DNA of 64,000 nt. Origin: Nitrososphaeraceae archaeon. GTDB lineage: Archaea; Thermoproteota; Nitrososphaeria; Nitrososphaerales; Nitrososphaeraceae. The translations under genes and the position numbers were made by a program. Below the pieces are notes generated by a model that saw only the letters and a program-made list of their open reading frames with translations, was not told where the DNA came from and ran no database searches. The number at the start of each line of letters is the position of its first letter. Position 1 is the first letter of the stretch. The DNA is taken from assembly GCA_044870765.1 (NCBI GenBank), contig JBIOZG010000024.1, forward strand, positions 14,818-78,817, written 5' to 3'. Of the stretch, positions 1 through 8,051 are shown in pieces.

Positions 1-876
1 ATCGACATCAACTCCTGTCCTTGTTAATTCAAGTGTATCGGAATTTGGAATACGCCCTGTTGCTATTAATAGTTGATCAGATTCAATTTCCAAAGTTTTA
101 TTAGAATCTGAACGCTTTGCAAGTACAACAAATTTGTCACCTTTCTTAGTTACTAGTTCGGCCGTACACATCAAATGTACGTTGTATTTCGTAGAGAAAA
201 TTTCAGTGAATTTTTTTGATATTTCCTCATCCTCATTTGGTATTAAAGATTTTCTCTTCTGGATAATGTTGATTACTGTTCCAAGAGATCCAAAGTAGTG
301 CCCAAGCTCAGCCGCTATAAATCCCCCTCCTATTATGGTGAGGACGTGAGGCTGTCTGTCAAGACGAAGAGCTTGATCGCTGGTAAGGTAATTTGTTGTT
401 TCCAAGCCCTTAATATGCGGTATGAATGGCCGGGTTCCTGCGGAAATTAGTATTTTGTTTGAATAAATTTTCTCCTTGCCTATCAATAAAGTTTTTTCAG
501 AAACAAACATGCACTCAGAAGTAAATAATTTTGGATTTTCAGAATTATCAAAAGAGTTTCTTATATCGCTTGAATCTGAATCTATAAGATTATTTACTCT
601 TTGGACTATTTTCTGAAAATCAATGGAATACTTTTCGACATGTATGCCGAACATATGAGCTGTCTTTATTGTCTCTACTATGTCTGCACTGTGTATTAGA
701 AGCTTGGATGGAATACAACCTCTATTTAGACAAGTTCCGCCCATTTTGCTTTTTTCTACAATTGCAACTTTCAAGCCACTTTGTGCTGCTGCATGCGCAA
801 CTTCAAGCCCGGCCCCACTTCCAATAACTATGAGATCATATTTTTTGATATTATTTGATTTGGAACTGGATTTCAA
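1..876 (-). CDS. Pyridine nucleotide-disulfide oxidoreductase (dihydrolipoamide dehydrogenase / mycothione reductase-like), 3' end runs off the window
   Basis: Not in the ORF track. Manual translation from TTG at 876 gives KYDLIVIGSGAG (FAD-binding), GGTCLNRGCIPSK (redox CxxxxC) and IIGGGFIAAE (NAD-binding). The frame is open to position 1. Confidence 0.88.
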   Translation of the reverse strand, partial: MKSSSKSNNIKKYDLIVIGSGAGLEVAHAAAQSGLKVAIVEKSKMGGTCLNRGCIPSKLLIHSADIVETIKTAHMFGIHVEKYSIDFQKIVQRVNNLIDSDSSDIRNSFDNSENPKLFTSECMFVSEKTLLIGKEKIYSNKILISAGTRPFIPHIKGLETTNYLTSDQALRLDRQPHVLTIIGGGFIAAELGHYFGSLGTVINIIQKRKSLIPNEDEEISKKFTEIFSTKYNVHLMCTAELVTKKGDKFVVLAKRSDSNKTLEIESDQLLIATGRIPNSDTLELTRTGVDVD

Positions 877-1050
877 TCACAAGCTATACGACAAGATTGT
901 ATATATGATTTGAAAATTTTTGTTACTTGCTGGATCCATTAACAACATGAGATCATATTTTGACCTACGGACACAATCATGGAAGGTCGAAATTTACTTA
1001 CAAAAATGAGAATAAGAAATAAAAAAAGGGCGCTGAAAAAAATAAAAAAT

Positions 1051-1569
1051 TTATGGTAATACGACGAGTTGTCCTTCCATGACAGGTAGATGATATTTGC
1101 AATAAAATGGAAATACACCTACATTGTCTGCCGTAAATGTAGCATTACCACTTTCAGCAAATCCGACGTCAATGTTTACCGCATATGGATCGCCTACTGT
1201 GAATGAATGTCTTTCCTCTTTGACGGGATCTACATTGTAGAAATTAACAGTCACTTTGTCGCCCTTGTTTGCAACAAGCGTATTTACCGAGAACGCATCT
1301 CCTGCAACTTTAAGTTTCTCCTCATCAACACCCTCAATTTCACTAGTAAATATATAGAATGCTTTTTCTCCTGGTGTTGACAGTGACGGTATCTTGCCTC
1401 CACTAGACATCTTTGCATTCATCATAGCCATAGACGAAGTTTCATTTTTCGGGGCAGTTGCATTGTCCTGCCCAAATGTGACCATCTGATTTGATGTTGT
1501 GTAGAAGCTGACTATCAAAAATGATAATGTAGCTGCTACAGTACAAACTAATGCCAATCTTGAATTCAT
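1051..1569 (-). CDS. Secreted or membrane-anchored cupredoxin (type-1 blue copper protein)
   Basis: N-terminal hydrophobic signal, RHSF His ligand and C-terminal FYCKYHLPVM (Cys-His-Met). Confidence 0.85.
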   Translation of the reverse strand: MNSRLALVCTVAATLSFLIVSFYTTSNQMVTFGQDNATAPKNETSSMAMMNAKMSSGGKIPSLSTPGEKAFYIFTSEIEGVDEEKLKVAGDAFSVNTLVANKGDKVTVNFYNVDPVKEERHSFTVGDPYAVNIDVGFAESGNATFTADNVGVFPFYCKYHLPVMEGQLVVLP

Positions 1570-1679
1570 TAAACTAGAATACTTAGACCCAGATACTTAA
1601 ATGATCTTGTAAACAGAACCAAACGTCTTATTGAAGTGTATTATTCAAATTACGGAACTAGAAAAAGGATAAACTACTT

Positions 1680-2174
1680 TCAAACCGATTTAATTATCCT
1701 CAACGGGAAAATTTCTGTTATCGTGCAAATTAGATTTCCATTGTGATAAAGCGAGTAAATTTTGGAGATGTGTGCTCTTGGGACATATCCTATTTCAGTA
1801 ATATTCTTGAAAATATCTAGCTTATGGTATAGAAGTATCTTACCGATGCCTATCTTACATTCACGAATTTGTGATAGTATTTTAGATGGTAAATATTTAC
1901 AATATATTTTAGAATCAGCATACGCTAGAATCTTATTTGTTGAAGAATGTATAGTTGACTTGCGCGCAATAACACCCTTTTTTTCGATCTGCGAAATTAC
2001 CCTCACTGTAGTTTCTGTTTTATTTATTATCTCTAAGAGTTGTTGAGTATTTCCTAAATCAACTAACATTATTCTTTGAACAAGATTAAATTTCTTATTT
2101 GCAATAGTTTCAAGCCTTGAAACATCCTTACTTGTTAATGACTGAAGACTGCTGATTCGATAGACACTATGCAT
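1680..2174 (-). CDS. Chorismate lyase-like (UbiC/DUF98 fold) protein
   Basis: QRIML.DLG.T..LLE, R.STI...ILAYADS.I, GIGKIL and C-terminal ITEIFP resemble the chorismate pyruvate-lyase/DUF98 family. Confidence 0.6.
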   Translation of the reverse strand: MHSVYRISSLQSLTSKDVSRLETIANKKFNLVQRIMLVDLGNTQQLLEIINKTETTVRVISQIEKKGVIARKSTIHSSTNKILAYADSKIYCKYLPSKILSQIRECKIGIGKILLYHKLDIFKNITEIGYVPRAHISKIYSLYHNGNLICTITEIFPLRIIKSV

Positions 2175-2199
2175 GATGTTTTGGTAAGGAACTAGAAAA

Positions 2200-2910
2200 T
2201 TAAAAAGTGATCTGAAGGGCTCTGAGAATTAAGAATGCAACCGTAAATATTATTGTAGATGTACTGATGATTATTAATCGGAGTTCCATGCTTTTCGATT
2301 CAGATGGGTGAGTTTGCTTAACCACTTTATATTTTCGTGATAGTTTTATCTCGGTATAGGATATGAGAAAAGGCACTACGGATATCAATAATACTGTATA
2401 CGACAGAGAATTTGTTTGCATGATATATCCGGCCAAAAGTGGCAAACTGCCCCACGATATTGCAAACCACATGTTATTATGAAAAAATCCATTCCAAAAT
2501 TCATAGTTATAGGCAAATAGAAAGAAACCTTCCAAAATTGCTATAGGTAGTAATAATGGAACAAAAAAAATAATATAGTATATACCAATGCCATAGGCTA
2601 TTACTAATCCGCTAATGAGCAAAATTAGCAATTCCAGATTAGAAAAATAATTTCCCCATGGTTTATTTTTTTTAGAACCTATACTATCTGCAGCATGTGC
2701 GGAAATACCCAAAGCAGTAAAGTAAATCAGGATAATAGCGACTATCCTATCCCAATATATTGTTCCTGGTGAAAGTAAAGATCCGATTATTGAAAAAGAA
2801 ATACACATTCCAGTATATGGAAGAAATAGCATTCCAACAAAAATCCTGAATTTCAGAGGACCAAATTTTGGAACATACCATTCGTTAAGACGGCTAACGT
2901 GTTCTTTCAC
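2200..2910 (-). CDS. UbiA/MenA prenyltransferase-like integral membrane protein
   Basis: About 7 hydrophobic helices, LPYT, a degenerate acidic motif (AHAADSIG), AYNYE and WGSLPLLAGY. It abuts the methyltransferase gene. Confidence 0.55.
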   Translation of the reverse strand: MKEHVSRLNEWYVPKFGPLKFRIFVGMLFLPYTGMCISFSIIGSLLSPGTIYWDRIVAIILIYFTALGISAHAADSIGSKKNKPWGNYFSNLELLILLISGLVIAYGIGIYYIIFFVPLLLPIAILEGFFLFAYNYEFWNGFFHNNMWFAISWGSLPLLAGYIMQTNSLSYTVLLISVVPFLISYTEIKLSRKYKVVKQTHPSESKSMELRLIIISTSTIIFTVAFLILRALQITF

Positions 2911-3587
2911 TACTTTATCGCCCTGACTATAGCAGCAGTACCATGAGTGTAATAATTTTTTGATATAGATCTAAACCCAATCATATCAAGCTCTCTAACA
3001 AGATTGTTTACCCAAGGGTTTAGCTGAATTAATCTGTCAAGATTAGAAAACACATCCTGCCAGGAAGTAATTACTTTTCCAAGTTGATTCAAGATGCGGA
3101 AATATATATGCCACAAGATTCTTACCAGATTAGAATTAGGATATGTAAAGTCATGTACTATAATGATACCATCTTTTCTTAAAACTCGCCAATGCTCCTT
3201 TACCATTGCAGCTAAATTTGTGTATTTAGCCAAATATGACGAGATTATGACATCAAAACTATCGTCTTTGTAAGGAAGAAATTCTGCCAGAGAATTGGTC
3301 AACAACACGTAGCTTTGTCTCTTTTTCGCTAGTCTTAGGTATTCAAATGTTAGATCAGATCCAATAATTTTTGAATTAGCAGTTCCATTTGGGATGAATG
3401 TTGAAAGAATACCTGTACCGCAAGCTAAATCAAGAATTATTTTATTTTTCCCACCAATAAAGCGTACCATCTCTTTCTTCCAAGCTGAATCTTTATAGAA
3501 CGTCGTAAATCGAACAATACTATCGTAGCTTGACGCGTTCTTTGAAGAAAAAAATTTCCTTGCAATTAAGTGCCCATTTATCTCCAA
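2910..3587 (-). CDS. UbiE/MenG-family SAM-dependent methyltransferase
   Basis: YD..V...T...D..WK, LDLACGTG, AE.LPY.D.SFD and RVLR motifs. Confidence 0.8.
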   Translation of the reverse strand: MEINGHLIARKFFSSKNASSYDSIVRFTTFYKDSAWKKEMVRFIGGKNKIILDLACGTGILSTFIPNGTANSKIIGSDLTFEYLRLAKKRQSYVLLTNSLAEFLPYKDDSFDVIISSYLAKYTNLAAMVKEHWRVLRKDGIIIVHDFTYPNSNLVRILWHIYFRILNQLGKVITSWQDVFSNLDRLIQLNPWVNNLVRELDMIGFRSISKNYYTHGTAAIVRAIK

Positions 3588-4123
3588 TATTGCATGATTT
3601 TTGCATACCGTTGAATATTAAATCTACGCATTCACAATATTCTCAATGCATACAAAGGACTAATTCTCTAGATTCTCTTTGATGTGGACGATAACGATAT
3701 TTGACAGGATTAACGGTGTACCCGGAATTTTTCCTGAATTTGATATTAAAGATTACTGTCATAACTAGAAAACTAAAAATTAATCATCTATACGAAAAAT
3801 AATCAATTTCTATTGCATTTGCATTATGTGATACGTTCATGCTATTTTGTGCAAACATTATCTCTATGGTGGTTGTAGTTGAAAGATCTTTGAAATGGAC
3901 TCCATGTCAATTTAGCATATGCCTCAAATCCTAACGATATCCCTATTAGTAATAATGCTGCTTTATTGTTCTTGTATGTTATTCTTTACACTTGTAATGG
4001 CAATTCTGGATATTGACATTATAATAGATTTGCCCTCTACGAAACATTGGGCTAAAATAATAATATATTATATAACCCTTGATACAAATATTATTGATTC
4101 TTTTGACTCGAAATAATTTTCCC

Positions 4124-4432
4124 ATGAAAGATTGGCATATTAAACATATGGAAAACACAGTCATTAAGCATGTCAAGGGTCTGTCTCCTGACGCAACAAG
4201 GTATCAAAAAAAGATGCATTACAAATATGGAGGAATCGTAAAGATATTACGATATATCGAATATGATAAAAAACACGGCGTAACCAATGACGATATAATT
4301 GCGATTTTGGAAAAACTCCGTTCAGATTCTTCGTATGAAGAGTTACGTAGTAATGAGGGATTCCTTGATAGATTAAAGGAAATAGAATCGTCAGTTGCGA
4401 ATACTCCTGCAACAAAGATTCTAACTAAATAA
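4124..4432 (+). CDS. Hypothetical protein
   Basis: Track ORF is 4079..4432. The ATG at 4124 (MKDWHIKHME) is the more plausible start. Protein-like composition, no family recognised. Confidence 0.6.
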   Translation: MKDWHIKHMENTVIKHVKGLSPDATRYQKKMHYKYGGIVKILRYIEYDKKHGVTNDDIIAILEKLRSDSSYEELRSNEGFLDRLKEIESSVANTPATKILTK

Positions 4433-4445
4433 TCAATCCAGGCGC

Positions 4446-4634
4446 TTAGTATGAGTGATTTTCGACTTTATGCTCATGCAAAGCTTTCCATGTAGTAAAT
4501 GAAGTGTTGCACTTTTCACAACTATACTTTATTTTTCTACCATAGACGAATTTGTTTATGTCGATTGACTCGTGGCCCTCCTTATAGTCGTGTGACAAAT
4601 TAAAGCGAAGAATTCTTCTGGATACTCTAACCAA
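4446..4634 (-). CDS. Small C2H2 zinc-finger protein
   Basis: YSCEKCNTSFTTWKALHEHKVENH matches C-x2-C-x3-F-x5-L-x2-H-x4-H. Confidence 0.7.
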   Translation of the reverse strand: MVRVSRRILRFNLSHDYKEGHESIDINKFVYGRKIKYSCEKCNTSFTTWKALHEHKVENHSY

Positions 4635-4790
4635 AGGCTACCGTTAATTGTTCATAAAAACAAACTAATTTAAACTGATCACACAACAATATCGCTTTAG
4701 ATTTCTTCAAAAAAATTCACAATTCGATAAATGATTAATTATCGACGATAATAATATAGCATGAGCTACTGTAACAAGTGCAGTAAAAAA

Positions 4791-5759
4791 TCAGAATCCC
4801 TTAATACCTTGTGCAACAAGTACGGAGTAACAGCCAAGTCCGCATTGTTCACATATTGGCTTTAATCCTTTTGCTTCAGAACTTCCTATGCAACAGGGTT
4901 GCTTAATTCTACCTTTGTGGTCCAAGGAAAGTATTGCCCATGTAGGACACTGGACTGGCACGGTGCCATTGCCGCCCCAATTTCCTTTCATCAGTGAAAT
5001 TTGTTTCTCTGTATTTACAATATAATCAGGATCTTTTTTCTTAAGATTAATTATTCTATCTACAACATCATTTCTTGTTTCTCCAAAAGGTAACCATAGT
5101 GGATCATTCTTCATAAACGGAGTATGAAATTGGAATCCAATCTTGTTGATTTTTCCCTTCCATTCTTCAGCCAAATTGGTAACTGTTTGATAATTCAATG
5201 AATTGATAGTCATAGTCAACCAAATATCCTTCCAAGCCGGTTTTCCTCTGCGAGGTGGTCCTGAAATATATTCTAAAATAGTATCACGCGTCTTACTATA
5301 GGAACCCTGTCCTCTTATACTATCATGTACTTTTTCAGTCCCATCCAACGATACCCAGTAAAAATACAAGTTTTCAAACCTTTTTAGAGGAAATGTTCCA
5401 TTGGTTACCACACAAACCCTGCCAGGCATTTCCTGGCAAAAAACTTCGATTACGTCGGGGCGCATTGTAGGTTCACCACCCACTAGCGTGACACCAAAAA
5501 GGCGTTGTTTCTTGAATGTGTTTTTTATTATCGTTCTCCAATCTTCAGCGCTGAGTTCATTGTTTTCGTCTTCCCGGTTGAGCCACCAATAGCAATGTGT
5601 ACAATGGAGATTGCATACATTGATGATGTCTGCAGAGCCATACAATGTCCTTTTTTTATGAAATAATTTGATATCAATGATGTTATGGAAAAATGTCATG
5701 TAAAGAGGAAATTCACGTACTAGATCGGTTATGCCCCGCCCATATACGAGATCAACCAT
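4791..5759 (-). CDS. Radical SAM protein with Cys-rich (SPASM/twitch-like) C-terminus
   Basis: CNLHCTHC, GGEP, VTNG and SLDG motifs, plus C-terminal C...PCC...CEQCGLGC. Confidence 0.9.
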   Translation of the reverse strand: MVDLVYGRGITDLVREFPLYMTFFHNIIDIKLFHKKRTLYGSADIINVCNLHCTHCYWWLNREDENNELSAEDWRTIIKNTFKKQRLFGVTLVGGEPTMRPDVIEVFCQEMPGRVCVVTNGTFPLKRFENLYFYWVSLDGTEKVHDSIRGQGSYSKTRDTILEYISGPPRRGKPAWKDIWLTMTINSLNYQTVTNLAEEWKGKINKIGFQFHTPFMKNDPLWLPFGETRNDVVDRIINLKKKDPDYIVNTEKQISLMKGNWGGNGTVPVQCPTWAILSLDHKGRIKQPCCIGSSEAKGLKPICEQCGLGCYSVLVAQGIKGF

Positions 5760-5953
5760 GTCTTCATATGTTAAATATGATAATTAAAGGTATTGTGTAT
5801 AATATGATATGCTGACAACCATTAGTTGAAGTATTCAGCTTTGAGTAACACTGAATATCAAATTAATAAGAGATATAGTGTCGTTGGCCCAACTGCAATT
5901 AATTTTTAGGAAAATCAAGAATTATATTGAGATAATCTATAAAGAAGTAAGAT

Positions 5954-6823
5954 TTGCTAAATGTAGGGGTTATAATAAAACTAGAACCTGATTTTTCGGA
6001 AGGCAATGTAAGTTATAATTCTGATGGAACACTAAATCGTGCCGAAACAAAAAACATCTTGGGCCCACACAGCGCAATTGCCTGTAATGCTGCATTCTAT
6101 TGTAAGGTAAAATACGGTGCAAGGATTTCCATAGGTACAATGGGCCCGCCCATAGCAGAATCTGCCCTAAAACAAGCCCAAGTGTTGACTGACGCTGAAG
6201 AATTAAATTTATACAGTGATAGATTGTTTGCTGGTGCTGATACCCTCGCAACTGCTGAGGTACTTAAAAATGGAGTTGAAAAGATGTTCGGCGCTGATAA
6301 AATGGATATCGTTTTTTCGGGTCATCGAGCTTCTGATGGGGAGACAGGACAAACAGGACCACAAACAGCTTGGAAATTGGGTTACACTTTCCTTGGCAAT
6401 GTGATGGATTTTGACATAGATTTGGACAGAAAAGTGGTAGTTGCAAAAAGACTAATATCGCTCCAGGGAATGGATACTATTATAGAAGAGATAGAGTCTC
6501 CTCTGCCCGTTTTTATAACTATCGACCCTTCCTACAAGTCGGCCTTTAGTACTGTTTCACAAAGGCTCGGAGCAAACAAGTACAATAAGAAAGCTAGAAT
6601 AAAGTCTGAGAATTATGCACAATTTTTGAAAACTTATGATAGTCAAAAATTAGGCCTGGACCCGAAACTGGTAGGGCTCCCGGGTTCTCCAACCATAGTA
6701 TATAGAGTAGAAAAAATCCCCAGGGCAAAGACCAATCGTAAAACAGTGATAATAGATCCGTCAAACCCAGACAATCTAACTGCAGTAGTTACAAAAATAA
6801 TCGAAATCTCTAGAGGTAAATGA
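5954..6823 (+). CDS. fixA: Electron transfer flavoprotein beta subunit (FixA/EtfB)
   Basis: TMGPP, SDRLFAGADTLAT, DGETGQTGP and GLPGSPT motifs. Confidence 0.92.
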   Translation: MLNVGVIIKLEPDFSEGNVSYNSDGTLNRAETKNILGPHSAIACNAAFYCKVKYGARISIGTMGPPIAESALKQAQVLTDAEELNLYSDRLFAGADTLATAEVLKNGVEKMFGADKMDIVFSGHRASDGETGQTGPQTAWKLGYTFLGNVMDFDIDLDRKVVVAKRLISLQGMDTIIEEIESPLPVFITIDPSYKSAFSTVSQRLGANKYNKKARIKSENYAQFLKTYDSQKLGLDPKLVGLPGSPTIVYRVEKIPRAKTNRKTVIIDPSNPDNLTAVVTKIIEISRGK

Positions 6824-8049
6824 AAATGTCAAACTCTACAAATCAAGAAATTGGCGCAAATAAGGACGAAAAATATAGACATATCTACGTGATAATTGAG
6901 CATTTTGAAGGTCAGGTGGTACCGGTAAGTTTGGAAATGCTGGGCGAAGCTAGAAGATTGATGGATGATTTTAACCAAAAATATCAACTGAGAGAAAAGG
7001 TAGTTGCTGTCTTACTTGGTAGTAATGTCAGAAAATTATGTGATGAATTAGTAACATACGGAGCTGATGCAGTTATTTATGCTAACCATGATGAATTAAA
7101 GTATCCTCGAAATGATATCGATACCCGAGTGATAGTCCAGATTTCAAAGGATGCAAAAATCACCAAGGAAATAGAGCCTGAATACGCAGGAGCATTTGTA
7201 AAACCAAGATACATGTTTTTTGCTGCCGATAATATTGGCAGACATCTCTCTTCGACCGTATTAGCAGATCTTGAATCGGGTTTAGCATCAGACATTAACA
7301 AGCTTGTGATAAGTGATCTCGATATTAGACATGAGCACAAAACAAAAGGTCAAAGTGTGCGATATGAAAAAATTCTAGAAATGTATCGTCCAGACTTTTC
7401 GGGTTTTTTATGGACAACAATACTATGTCTTGATAACAAGAATCCCGAAATTCAAAGAGAATATCATCCGCAAGGATGCAGCATTATACCGGGTGCATTT
7501 AAGCCTATGGAGAAGGATAATTCAAGAAATGGCATAGTTATAGAATATTCCCCTAAAATAGACCAAGAACCGAAAATCAAGATAATAAAAAGAAGCTTCA
7601 TTGAAAAAACAATCGATTACGAAACTTGCAAGATAGTAGTGAGTATGGGACGCGGAATCAAAGATAATCCAGAACAAAATATTAAGCTGATTGAAGAATT
7701 TGCAGAATTACTCGGAGCAGAAATTGGCATAACTTTGCCGTTATCAAAAAAACCATATCAAGTAAGCCAAAGTATGGATTCAAAGTATATGATTCCTGAC
7801 AGGGTCATAGGAACCAGTGGTAGCAAGATTGCGCCAACTCTTTACGTTGCAATCGGCCTGAGTGGTGCTGTGCAACACATAGCAGGTATGAAAGAATCCG
7901 AAATCGTGATTTCAATAAACATAGATGAAAACTCCCATATCGTAGACGAATCTGATATTTTCATAAAGGGAAGAATGGAAGATGTTATTCCAAAACTTGT
8001 TGACAAAATAAAGGATCAAATGCAAGCTATTTCTGTTAGGAGTACCTAA
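6820..8049 (+). CDS. fixB: Electron transfer flavoprotein alpha subunit (FixB/EtfA)
   Basis: VVSMGRG, IGTSG..IAP.LYVAIGLSGAVQHIAGM and ISINID motifs. Overlaps fixA. Confidence 0.92.
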   Translation: MKMSNSTNQEIGANKDEKYRHIYVIIEHFEGQVVPVSLEMLGEARRLMDDFNQKYQLREKVVAVLLGSNVRKLCDELVTYGADAVIYANHDELKYPRNDIDTRVIVQISKDAKITKEIEPEYAGAFVKPRYMFFAADNIGRHLSSTVLADLESGLASDINKLVISDLDIRHEHKTKGQSVRYEKILEMYRPDFSGFLWTTILCLDNKNPEIQREYHPQGCSIIPGAFKPMEKDNSRNGIVIEYSPKIDQEPKIKIIKRSFIEKTIDYETCKIVVSMGRGIKDNPEQNIKLIEEFAELLGAEIGITLPLSKKPYQVSQSMDSKYMIPDRVIGTSGSKIAPTLYVAIGLSGAVQHIAGMKESEIVISINIDENSHIVDESDIFIKGRMEDVIPKLVDKIKDQMQAISVRST

Positions 8050-8051
8050 AT

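Noticed and set aside
680-913. 77-aa plus-strand ORF in the track
   Set aside because: It is the antisense shadow of the minus-strand flavoprotein disulfide reductase (1..876), which has clear motifs.
3919-4415. Short overlapping ORFs 3919..4116 (+), 3979..4176 (-) and 4173..4415 (-)
   Set aside because: AT-rich chance ORFs or shadows of 4124..4432 with no motifs.
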